Below the pieces are notes generated by a model. It did not search any database. It was given only the letters and a program-made list of their open reading frames with translations, and was not told the DNA's origin. From the IMG/VR virus record IMGVR_UViG_3300048927_000250, positions 124,001 through 188,000 of that record: a stretch of 64,000 nt of DNA; one strand, given 5' to 3'. Shown here piece after piece: positions 56,760 to 64,000 of the stretch. How positions within the stretch are numbered: the stretch's first letter is position 1; each line of letters begins with the position of its first letter. The translations under genes and the position numbers were made by a program.

Positions 56760-57016
56760 AAGATATTCTGGTTACCTCACCGCTCGCGCTCGTAAGCCGA
56801 TTGTGTGGGTAACCAGGTATCTTGTCGTGCTTGTGGTCCCGTCCAGAGTCAGTCGCTGCAATAGCGCTTCGTCATCGCGGTTAACGCGAGTTCCCCGCTG
56901 GGAACTTAATGGCCGCAATTAAGCAGCTTGGGTTTTTTGGGGTACCTCTGCACGCAGGTGTTGACCAGACACCCCGCAGCTATTCCATCCAGAGAACAAC
57001 TACGTTAGCTTGCATA
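56760..57016 (-). ncRNA. Candidate structured non-coding RNA downstream of phuZ
   Basis: No ORF of 60 aa or more; six consecutive hairpins; TATG motifs at the 5' end; long 3' stem followed by a U-rich tract. Confidence 0.5.
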
Positions 57017-57053
57017 TTTGTACATATAATAGACTAAACCGCTAACGGTTCTC

Positions 57054-58022
57054 TTACGAAGAGAATTTAAAGCCGTCGTCGTTCAGACCAGCGGTATCCA
57101 GCACGTCAACGCTCTCACGTTGTTTACGGGCACGGGCCAGCGCTTCGAAGTTGTCCACGGTCTTTTGCAGGCCTGCAATCACACCCGCCAGGTCCTGGGT
57201 ATAGATGATGAAGTGCAGGTCGTTCTTTTCAGCTACGCGGCGATACCCTTCACAACCGTATTCAGACGGCAGAGATGGGTTGGCACCGTCCACTGAACCG
57301 TGCAGGCTGGCAACCGCCAGTGGGTATGGCAGCGACTTCGCATGGCTGTAGTCTGGGGTGATGTCCAGTAGCGCAACGCCTGGGCCGTTTTTCACGTTGA
57401 AGAAACGGTGTACGTCAGAGCTGTCGAGACGGTCGTGTTCGCCAGAGTACAGGTCAAGGATAGACAGCAAGCCCAGAACCATCTGTGCATCAACGTCGTT
57501 GTCCTGTGCCACAGAACCGTTATCTTCGTAGAAGACGACCGCAGTGGATTCGTTCTTCTTCGCGATACCGTTCAGGGTCTGCCAGGTATCCATGGTGTTT
57601 TTGGTGGTCTGGGAGTTTTCCGCAGAACCTACCACAAAGAACACGGTTGGTTTTTTCTGGCGCAGCAGTTCTTCAGCCAGTTTCGGTCCAATAACAGAAC
57701 CGGAACCGCCACCGCCTGAGAACACCAGAATGTTCAGGTCACCGGCAGGGTGGCTGACCAGCACGTCTGGGATGGCGCGGGCGATGGGGTGATAGTTGGT
57801 ACTGCGCTCTTTGCCAGAACCGTCGGTTGCACCCGGGATGATATAACAGTCTTCATCACGGAAGTTGGAACCGCCGATGGCGCTAAAGTTTGAACGAGAG
57901 GTATCGACGAAGTGGGCTTTCACTTCGGCCAGACCCGCGAGGTTTTTCTTCATCAGCAGGCTGACAATGTTGATACCAGTGCCGCCACAGCCATAGATGG
58001 AAACGGTGTTACGTGAGCTCAT
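57054..58022 (-). CDS. phuZ: PhuZ phage tubulin
   Basis: IYGCGGTGINI, VDTS, DGSGKER, tubulin signature SGGGGSGS, RLDSSD. Confidence 0.95.
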   Translation of the reverse strand: MSSRNTVSIYGCGGTGINIVSLLMKKNLAGLAEVKAHFVDTSRSNFSAIGGSNFRDEDCYIIPGATDGSGKERSTNYHPIARAIPDVLVSHPAGDLNILVFSGGGGSGSVIGPKLAEELLRQKKPTVFFVVGSAENSQTTKNTMDTWQTLNGIAKKNESTAVVFYEDNGSVAQDNDVDAQMVLGLLSILDLYSGEHDRLDSSDVHRFFNVKNGPGVALLDITPDYSHAKSLPYPLAVASLHGSVDGANPSLPSEYGCEGYRRVAEKNDLHFIIYTQDLAGVIAGLQKTVDNFEALARARKQRESVDVLDTAGLNDDGFKFSS

Positions 58023-58124
58023 TGTTTTGGGTCCTTAACACAAAGGTTATTCAAAAAGGTTACCAACGTTATACTTCTACACAGTTACTGTGACATACGT
58101 ACATTTTGAAACGGAGCGAGCCCA

Positions 58125-58955
58125 ATGAGCGTCATCACGAAACTCATCGCTGATGTCAAAGCGGAAATCCCCCGTCAAGTCCTGGAAATTGCTTTCCTGG
58201 GTGACATGGGCCGGGAGAACCGTTTTGCCAGCAACCTCGACTTTCAGATTCGCCAGAAGGTCATTGACGCCCGTGTCTGGGTGGACTTAAGCCTTCAAGG
58301 TGCTGAAGAAGTCAACATCCCTCTGGCGCGTTGCGAAGTTGAGCAAGACGACCAGTACAAGACCATCATACGCATCCCAAAAGAATTGACGGGCGGGCGT
58401 ATCATCACGCAGGTATTAGCGTTCAACTATACCATCAACGGCGTGACCGGTATGACCAACAACGGGTATAACAACAACTCGTTTAACATGTCCAACGAAG
58501 GAAACTCCCCGCAAATGAACTCCGCGGCAAAGATTCTTCGTTCGGCATCCCCGGCACCTATCCTGGGGTCAGCGGCTACCCGTATCGTCGGGGAGAACGT
58601 AATTCTCCTGAACGATTACATGGGGTCGGTGAAGCAGGGTAATATGACCGTGCGTGTGGGACATGACCCGGAACTGAATACCTTCAAACCAACCAGTGTA
58701 AAACAGCTGTCGAAGTTTGTCGTGTACGCAGTGAAGGCGTATATCTACACCAACAGTGTGATTACGCTGGATATGGGTCATCTGTACGGTGGTAGTGAAA
58801 TCGGCCGTATCCGTGATATCATTGACGGGTATGCGGATTGTAATGAACTGTACAACACCTACTACGATGAAGAAATGATTGCGGTCAACTTCATGAACGA
58901 TGACACGCGTCACGGGAACTTCCTGCGCACCCTCATTGGCGGTGCTGCGTCGTAA
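58125..58955 (+). CDS. Conserved Chimalliviridae protein divergent from phuZ
   Basis: 276 aa; SD GGAG; EIPRQVLEIAF and AVKAYIY segments. Confidence 0.65.
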   Translation: MSVITKLIADVKAEIPRQVLEIAFLGDMGRENRFASNLDFQIRQKVIDARVWVDLSLQGAEEVNIPLARCEVEQDDQYKTIIRIPKELTGGRIITQVLAFNYTINGVTGMTNNGYNNNSFNMSNEGNSPQMNSAAKILRSASPAPILGSAATRIVGENVILLNDYMGSVKQGNMTVRVGHDPELNTFKPTSVKQLSKFVVYAVKAYIYTNSVITLDMGHLYGGSEIGRIRDIIDGYADCNELYNTYYDEEMIAVNFMNDDTRHGNFLRTLIGGAAS

Positions 58956-58993
58956 AGAAAAAAAAAGAAGGGGCGCAATGCCCCTTCTTTTTT
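58956..58993. terminator. Bidirectional terminator
   Basis: AAGAAGGGGC-GCAAT-GCCCCTTCTT with A and T tracts. Confidence 0.9.
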
Positions 58994-59001
58994 GCTGTTT
59001 G

Positions 59002-59388
59002 CTACGAAATCCAAGACAGCGCGATAACCTGTCGCTCAAAGTCTGTTTCCGCCAGGATTTTCTCGACGTCCTCTAACCATTTCAGATAATGTCTCTTGTC
59101 AGGGTCATCATCGTCAAGGGTTGTGATGGCGGTTTGTGCAATACGACGACTTTCCTCCAGCATCTCTTTAGTGAGCCGGTGGTAAGTACACTGGTCCATT
59201 CCGTTACAGAGTCCCACCAGAGTATCGCGAATCACGTAATGTTTGCGATAATAGAACAACTGGTCTTCTTTCCCTGACCCCGTATGGTAATCCACATGAC
59301 CTTGACCGGGCTTATCGTCGTGATAGTGTCCTTCATATTCTTCGAAGAACTCCCGGTCGAAACGTTCGATGTCAATATCCAGTCCCAT
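59002..59388 (-). CDS. Phage hypothetical protein
   Basis: 128 aa; MGLD...YYRKH pattern; TAATG coupling with SD AAGGAG. Confidence 0.65.
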   Translation of the reverse strand: MGLDIDIERFDREFFEEYEGHYHDDKPGQGHVDYHTGSGKEDQLFYYRKHYVIRDTLVGLCNGMDQCTYHRLTKEMLEESRRIAQTAITTLDDDDPDKRHYLKWLEDVEKILAETDFERQVIALSWIS

Positions 59389-59780
59389 TACTGCTCCTTA
59401 CCAATCAAATTTCTGAAACTATTTACCGATATCGACCTGAAAAACTTCTTCAGTGTCTTAAATACACTCGGCACCTTGTCTGCGTACAGGGTGACCTGCA
59501 TGACATGAAAGTCGATACCTTCAGATTCAAACTGAATAGAACGCCCTAATGGTGATAGCGGCTCGTCCGCCATAGCTTCCAGAACTGCCGCCATGTGCGC
59601 TTTGATATCTTTGATGCGCGGGTGAGTCTTGTGGATAATCGCGTAGGCGTCCTTTAATTTACGGGTGTCTTCCGGGAGAATATCACGGCCGGTCAACATG
59701 ATGCAGACGGGAGAAAACTGGACGCCATCCACTTTTAATGTCGTGGCGAGTTCGTCACCCACAAATACCTTCTTACTCAT
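59388..59780 (-). CDS. Hypothetical protein
   Basis: Start probably ATG 59780 (MSKKV), SD GAGGT. Confidence 0.6.
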   Translation of the reverse strand: MSKKVFVGDELATTLKVDGVQFSPVCIMLTGRDILPEDTRKLKDAYAIIHKTHPRIKDIKAHMAAVLEAMADEPLSPLGRSIQFESEGIDFHVMQVTLYADKVPSVFKTLKKFFRSISVNSFRNLIGKEQ

Positions 59781-60330
59781 TGTTAACCTCAAACTTTTTA
59801 GTGATGTACAACTTCATGCGTTGAATAACCGCGTCGACGTACTCACGATGGATACTGGCGTCTTCCAGTCCGGCGCGGACGGAGACGACGATGTTATTGA
59901 TGAGCCAACCGTTTTCTAACGCGGTGTCGACGAACTCTACCCAGTTAACGCGACTGTTGCGCTCCAGGATAATTTGCCCGAAGATGACGTCGAACGGCAA
60001 CCCGTGCGTAGCCTTCATTTCGAAAACCAGTTTTCCAGACACCATGGGGTGTTGCTTTTCGAATGCCAGGTGTTTACGGAGAGCCAGTTGGTAGTGCATC
60101 TCCTTGTCCAGCTTCTTATCGGGGTACAGACGCGCCCAGTCCTTCGTTACGGCGTCGAACGCCACCTGGGGTACCAATGGTCCATTAGAGGAGCGCGGTT
60201 GCTTGAGTAGCGCTTCATTGATTGGATTAGGGGTACTGGTCTGGCGGCGAGCATCGCTGGTGAGGGGTGGTGCCCACTCGGTGTAGCTGGCTACTGTGCG
60301 CTGAAAGCCTTTCGGTTTATTCTTCTTCAT
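59773..60330 (-). CDS. Protein containing a stand-alone alanyl-tRNA synthetase helical-domain-like segment
   Basis: VSGKLVFEMKATHGLPFDV...ERNSRVNWVEF resembles the AlaRS pattern G..AF.LYDTYGFP.DL....E....VD...F. Confidence 0.6.
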   Translation of the reverse strand: MKKNKPKGFQRTVASYTEWAPPLTSDARRQTSTPNPINEALLKQPRSSNGPLVPQVAFDAVTKDWARLYPDKKLDKEMHYQLALRKHLAFEKQHPMVSGKLVFEMKATHGLPFDVIFGQIILERNSRVNWVEFVDTALENGWLINNIVVSVRAGLEDASIHREYVDAVIQRMKLYITKKFEVNNE

Positions 60331-60646
60331 TACCCATCACCTCCGGTTCTACTCCTTCCGGTAAATCGCACGGCTCTAAGTCAGCCGGGTTAATACCGAA
60401 GACCCGCTTGTCGAAATCGAAAGGACGGACATCTAAGTTATACTTCCTGAGGATGGTCACCGTGATGGTCCCGTCTTCCGACAGCGAGTGCAACATCACG
60501 CGTTGACCGGTCGTCTTCAGGCGGTACAATTCATCGCCGACCAGGTTATATTTCTCCGCGATGTCCTGAATAACTTGTGGTCGACCGGTAATCCATTCGT
60601 ACCAACCCTTCTTCTGTTCTTCTTCCCAAATTAGCCACTTCGCCAT
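60317..60646 (-). CDS. Phage hypothetical protein
   Basis: Start probably ATG 60646 (MAKWL), SD GGAG. Confidence 0.6.
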   Translation of the reverse strand: MAKWLIWEEEQKKGWYEWITGRPQVIQDIAEKYNLVGDELYRLKTTGQRVMLHSLSEDGTITVTILRKYNLDVRPFDFDKRVFGINPADLEPCDLPEGVEPEVMGNEEE

Positions 60647-60660
60647 TTTACTTACTCCCA

Positions 60661-60693
60661 AAATAAAAAATAGAGAAGGGACCGAAGTCCCTT
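60661..60693 (-). terminator. Intrinsic terminator
   Basis: AAGGGAC-TTCG-GTCCCTT with a U-rich tail on the - strand. Confidence 0.8.
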
Positions 60694-60701
60694 GCTCGAG
60701 G

Positions 60702-61058
60702 TTAGTGCGTGACGCGAGAGATTGTTAACCCGCCACGTTTGGATTTCGTCAGGTCGTAGTTCACCTGGGTGTACTTTTCCATCCCGGTAGCTTTAACCTG
60801 GGTCTTACCTTTCTTAGACTCCATGGTGACACTGAAGTCGAGGTGCATGGTTTCCGCCACGTTCATCAGGTAGTTCAGCGAGAACGTGTGGTAGCGCCCA
60901 TTACGGATAGCGCAGATAGCGTAATACTGGATACCGAGAGATGCGGCGATATCACGCATGGTAGCCTCTTGCGCTAACTTGTCGAGCAAGTAGCTGAGAC
61001 GAACACCGAAAAAGTTACGGGCTTCTACAAGAGCTTGATTCTTAATACGTTTTGACAT
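60702..61058 (-). CDS. XRE-family HTH protein
   Basis: TMRDIAASLGIQYYAICAIRNGRYHTFSLNYLMNVAETM. Confidence 0.8.
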   Translation of the reverse strand: MSKRIKNQALVEARNFFGVRLSYLLDKLAQEATMRDIAASLGIQYYAICAIRNGRYHTFSLNYLMNVAETMHLDFSVTMESKKGKTQVKATGMEKYTQVNYDLTKSKRGGLTISRVTH

Positions 61059-61070
61059 TAGTTCGGTCCT

Positions 61071-61559
61071 TTAAATAAGAGGTTGAACGAGGGTAGCGTT
61101 ATAGCCTTTCTCAGTAGGAAGGCGATTTTGGTCATCTGCCAGAATCAACTGGACGAGTCCGTGAGTCGGCAGACAAACTTTCTGGTTGACGGCAAAGTAG
61201 GCTTTCTCTTTGATGCTCTCTGGCGTCAAGGTGCGTAACATGCAGCGGCGAAGGCTACTGCGGTTATGGTTGTCGCTACGGCTGTCCACCACCTTGAACG
61301 TGAACGGAACGTCCAGCTCGAAGGGTGCGCCATTTACCAGTGCATCAATGAAGTCTTTCAGATAACGACTGGACTGCGATAATGCGCTGGCTCCCGTAAG
61401 GACAACTTCGGGGAGTTTGAGGGTGGTGAGGCCCACGGTGTAGATAAAGTTGTTCGCGCCGTTCTTTGGGTCACGGACTTCAATCGGAACCCAGCCTCTT
61501 TCTGCGACGGCACTGCGAACGTTAGAATAGAGCTGGTCCAGTTCCTTGCGTGTACTCAT
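61071..61559 (-). CDS. DUF4262-like protein
   Basis: GW...FIYTVGLTTLKLPEVVLTG...VQLILAD...LP...Y...QP pattern. Confidence 0.65.
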   Translation of the reverse strand: MSTRKELDQLYSNVRSAVAERGWVPIEVRDPKNGANNFIYTVGLTTLKLPEVVLTGASALSQSSRYLKDFIDALVNGAPFELDVPFTFKVVDSRSDNHNRSSLRRCMLRTLTPESIKEKAYFAVNQKVCLPTHGLVQLILADDQNRLPTEKGYNATLVQPLI

Positions 61560-61594
61560 GAAAACCTCAGTAGGGAGGGAAACCCCTCCCGACG

Positions 61595-62062
61595 TTATGC
61601 CGCGATGTTGCGGAAGATAGATTGCGCAAACCCAAACACGCGTTCCGGGTCAGTCCCGGTGGCGTTGTGTTCTTGCAGCGCCTGGCGGAAGTAGTCGCTC
61701 AGCTTACCGCTGCGACTGATGATGGGACGGTCGGAGAAGGCAAGCCATTCTTCGTCGTCAATGGAAACAACGGTTGGGGAACCCCAGACGATGGCGTCAA
61801 AGGTCAGACCATAGTTGTTCTTCAGGTCATCACGGATGACTTCAGCGTAATGGCTGATGCGATGAATTTTACCTGGGCTGTTACGGGTTAATTGAAAAAC
61901 CTCCAGACCGGCGTCGGTGAGGACAACCGCGGAGTAAGGCATGTGGCGAGCGTTGTGACTCATGCGAAGGAGAACACTGCGTTTCTCATCAGTACCAATG
62001 ACGGAGATTTCGCGCAGCTTCCCTTCTGATAGGCGAATAGTGACTGTCATTAACGAGGACAT
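61595..62062 (-). CDS. Hypothetical protein
   Basis: 155 aa; SD AAGGG. Confidence 0.6.
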   Translation of the reverse strand: MSSLMTVTIRLSEGKLREISVIGTDEKRSVLLRMSHNARHMPYSAVVLTDAGLEVFQLTRNSPGKIHRISHYAEVIRDDLKNNYGLTFDAIVWGSPTVVSIDDEEWLAFSDRPIISRSGKLSDYFRQALQEHNATGTDPERVFGFAQSIFRNIAA

Positions 62063-62508
62063 GGTTTCTTACCCTTACAGTTTGGTTGGCAGTATTTACC
62101 AAACCCTGTTATGGTTGTTAAGTTAACAGGGAAATCAGAGATAACAGGGTTAACCCGACCGCAACCTTGACATTTAGCCAGCCGAATATTGTCGGGGACA
62201 AAGACCATCAGTGGATTACTTTTAAATTCTTCACGGATGAGGCGGTCGTTGGTTATGGCGGTGGTTTCCCTACAGGTGGTGCAGTACTTGTAAATTTTGT
62301 CGCGGAACGTGAACTCCGCAATGTCGAGCTGTTCTTTACAGCACGGACATTCTTTCTCGGTGAGGACCTCCTTCACTTTGGTGACCCGAGGTTTCTTAAC
62401 GTCCTTGTTGGCAGTACCGGCTTTGATAGGGGTACTGTGAAAGAACTGGTTCGGGTCGTACTGGTTGCCGTTACGGTCTAACATTTGATATTCCTTATTA
62501 GCGGTCAA
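62050..62508 (-). CDS. Double zinc-finger protein
   Basis: CPCC...CTTC and CQGC...CQPNC; start may be ATG 62484 (SD AAGGA). Confidence 0.65.
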   Translation of the reverse strand: MTANKEYQMLDRNGNQYDPNQFFHSTPIKAGTANKDVKKPRVTKVKEVLTEKECPCCKEQLDIAEFTFRDKIYKYCTTCRETTAITNDRLIREEFKSNPLMVFVPDNIRLAKCQGCGRVNPVISDFPVNLTTITGFGKYCQPNCKGKKPCPR

Positions 62509-62532
62509 TGCCGCGATGGTAAATGGTGTTGG

Positions 62533-62925
62533 TTACAGCTTGATAACTTTGTCAACGAGCATGTAGGATGGTTCGTCGTCAAAATACCCTTCGCTACTTG
62601 CAATGCGGTAGTGTTTCCGTGCTTCACGTGACGTGGCCACTTGACCGGTTTTGCGATGGAACTCCTGCTGACGTTGTATGTTTGCCAGATAGTCGACTTG
62701 GTGTTTGTCGAGTGCCTGAATGGTTTCTTCTACATCGGAGACCGGGAGACTAAAAGCGTGTGCAATCATCTCATCGGTGAAGTTGTTCTCACGCATCTGG
62801 TGAAAGCTTTCGTACGGGGCGTATTGTAAACCAGCAACCGCCCGACTACGTTCTGAGTCGATACGGTCCGACTCCATCAGAATGTCCAAACACTCACGAC
62901 GTTCGCTTTCGAATTGTTCGCTCAT
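62533..62925 (-). CDS. HTH-like hypothetical protein, paralog B
   Basis: EMIAHAFSLPVSDVE...RKHYRI...YMLVDK; ATGA coupling. Confidence 0.65.
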   Translation of the reverse strand: MSEQFESERRECLDILMESDRIDSERSRAVAGLQYAPYESFHQMRENNFTDEMIAHAFSLPVSDVEETIQALDKHQVDYLANIQRQQEFHRKTGQVATSREARKHYRIASSEGYFDDEPSYMLVDKVIKL

Positions 62926-63383
62926 GGTAGTCTCCCGAAACCATAGTCACTTTGTGGAGGGAAGTCGGGGTACAAGCTGTACATCGACTCATCAAAAGGT
63001 TTGTCGCTAAGGACGTAATCGCCCGCCCCGGCGTAAGAGTATTCGCGCTCAACCCGGTAGAAGTGTCGGGTGTTTTCGGAATGGACTGACTTACCGTGGG
63101 TCTGTTCGAACGCCGCTGATTTCTCGTTCCACTCGCGCATTTCACCACGAAACTTCTTCATGGCAGCGAGAACATTCTCAATGTCATCGTGCGACATGGT
63201 GAATGCCTGAGAAACCATCTCGACCGTCATGTAGTTATCGAGCATCTTCTGGATTTCGTAAATCGGGTCACCTTCATACGGTGCTACTGCATTCTGATAC
63301 TCCCGGTCTATCTTTATCCATTCGTTTAATAGCTCAACATATTCCCGTCGGGTCATTTCCCAACGGCGCTGGAAGATATCCAT
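62922..63383 (-). CDS. HTH-like hypothetical protein, paralog A
   Basis: EMVSQAFTMSHDDIE...RHFYRV...YVLSDK; SD GGAGGT. Confidence 0.65.
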   Translation of the reverse strand: MDIFQRRWEMTRREYVELLNEWIKIDREYQNAVAPYEGDPIYEIQKMLDNYMTVEMVSQAFTMSHDDIENVLAAMKKFRGEMREWNEKSAAFEQTHGKSVHSENTRHFYRVEREYSYAGAGDYVLSDKPFDESMYSLYPDFPPQSDYGFGRLP

Positions 63384-63391
63384 GTTACCTC

Positions 63392-63994
63392 CTAGTGACA
63401 GTTAACGTGGTTGTACTCTTCGGCCATCAGCTGTTGAATACGTTTTTTGATGCCGTCGCTCTCAACGCCCGGTGGGTTGATGACATCGACAAACGTGATG
63501 CCGTGCTGACGCAAGAGTTCCATGATACCGGACAGCCCTTTCTCTTCCGCCCCTTCGATATCAATCTTCGCAAACGCTCCGCCGTAGATTTCACCCGGTG
63601 GAACATAGTGGTCAATTTCAATCTTCAGTTCGTTCATCGGAATGGAGTGGCGGAACTTGTGGTGGATGTTCCCGGCAAAGGCAAGGACCTGACGGAAGCC
63701 GTGTTCGTCAATCACCACTTCGGTTTCGATACATTCGCTGTTGATGGAACCGGCAGTGCGAGGGAGACGGAACTTGGTGGCGGCCTCGTACAGTTCTTTA
63801 TCGGTTTCCCCATGGTCATCAAAGGTGACAGTACGGCGAACGCGGTTGGTAACACGCATTCCTTTATCGGTAGTCGAGTTTGTCTCGGCCTGAATCATGT
63901 ACTGGGCATTACCGCGTTTACTGTTCAACATGGCTTTGGACCCGACACCCAACATGACAAACAAACATAACTCTGCTTCTTTGGCAGTACTCAT
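63392..63994 (-). CDS. CYTH / triphosphate-tunnel-like protein
   Basis: N-terminal EAE, then RVRR, TKF, ETE, KFR, EID and DIE in CYTH order. Confidence 0.6.
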   Translation of the reverse strand: MSTAKEAELCLFVMLGVGSKAMLNSKRGNAQYMIQAETNSTTDKGMRVTNRVRRTVTFDDHGETDKELYEAATKFRLPRTAGSINSECIETEVVIDEHGFRQVLAFAGNIHHKFRHSIPMNELKIEIDHYVPPGEIYGGAFAKIDIEGAEEKGLSGIMELLRQHGITFVDVINPPGVESDGIKKRIQQLMAEEYNHVNCH

Positions 63995-64000
63995 GACAAA

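Noticed and set aside
56573-57053. Canonical tRNA or complete tmRNA gene in the large intergenic gap
   Set aside because: No T-arm GTTCRA or acceptor stem with CCA was found on either strand; kept only as an unclassified structured-RNA candidate.
44893-60693. Recurrent GGGACCGAAGTCCC sequence as a mobile repeat
   Set aside because: These are C(UUCG)G-loop intrinsic terminators at gene ends.
1-64000. Genome-wide TAG reassignment (genetic code 15) as the explanation for the amber in nvRNAP beta
   Set aside because: TAG ends several genes cleanly: the helicase TAG is followed directly by a terminator, the beta'N gene uses TAGTG coupling, and paralog 26574..27206 ends in TAG where its twin ends in TAA. 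Long genes are otherwise unbroken.

Overview
This window is the conserved core region of a nucleus-forming jumbo phage (phiKZ-like, Chimalliviridae), most genes on the - strand. From left to right: (1) a virion tail/baseplate and internal-head protein block (1-18.3 kb, phiKZ gp83-gp101-like by synteny); (2) the exonuclease/motif-A half of the split family-B DNA polymerase, a GNAT acetyltransferase and the virion RNAP beta' middle subunit; (3) a gp77/gp76-like pair that appears joined by a -1 ribosomal frameshift; (4) an accessory islet with two lectin-like paralogs and a DarG-like macrodomain; (5) an SF2 helicase, four non-virion RNAP subunits, PicA, ChmC, SbcD, chimallin (ChmA) and the second DNA polymerase half; (6) a tandem array of nine small genes, a structured non-coding segment, PhuZ tubulin and small accessory genes. 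The main candidate novelties are the -1 frameshift at 26001-26010, a single in-frame amber codon in the nvRNAP beta gene (34493-34495), a multi-hairpin ncRNA candidate behind phuZ with a tmRNA-tag-like frame, a stand-alone AlaRS-like fragment, an SSB-tail mimic on ChmC, and the nine-gene array. phiKZ gene-number equivalences come from motifs, size and gene order as recalled; no database search was run.
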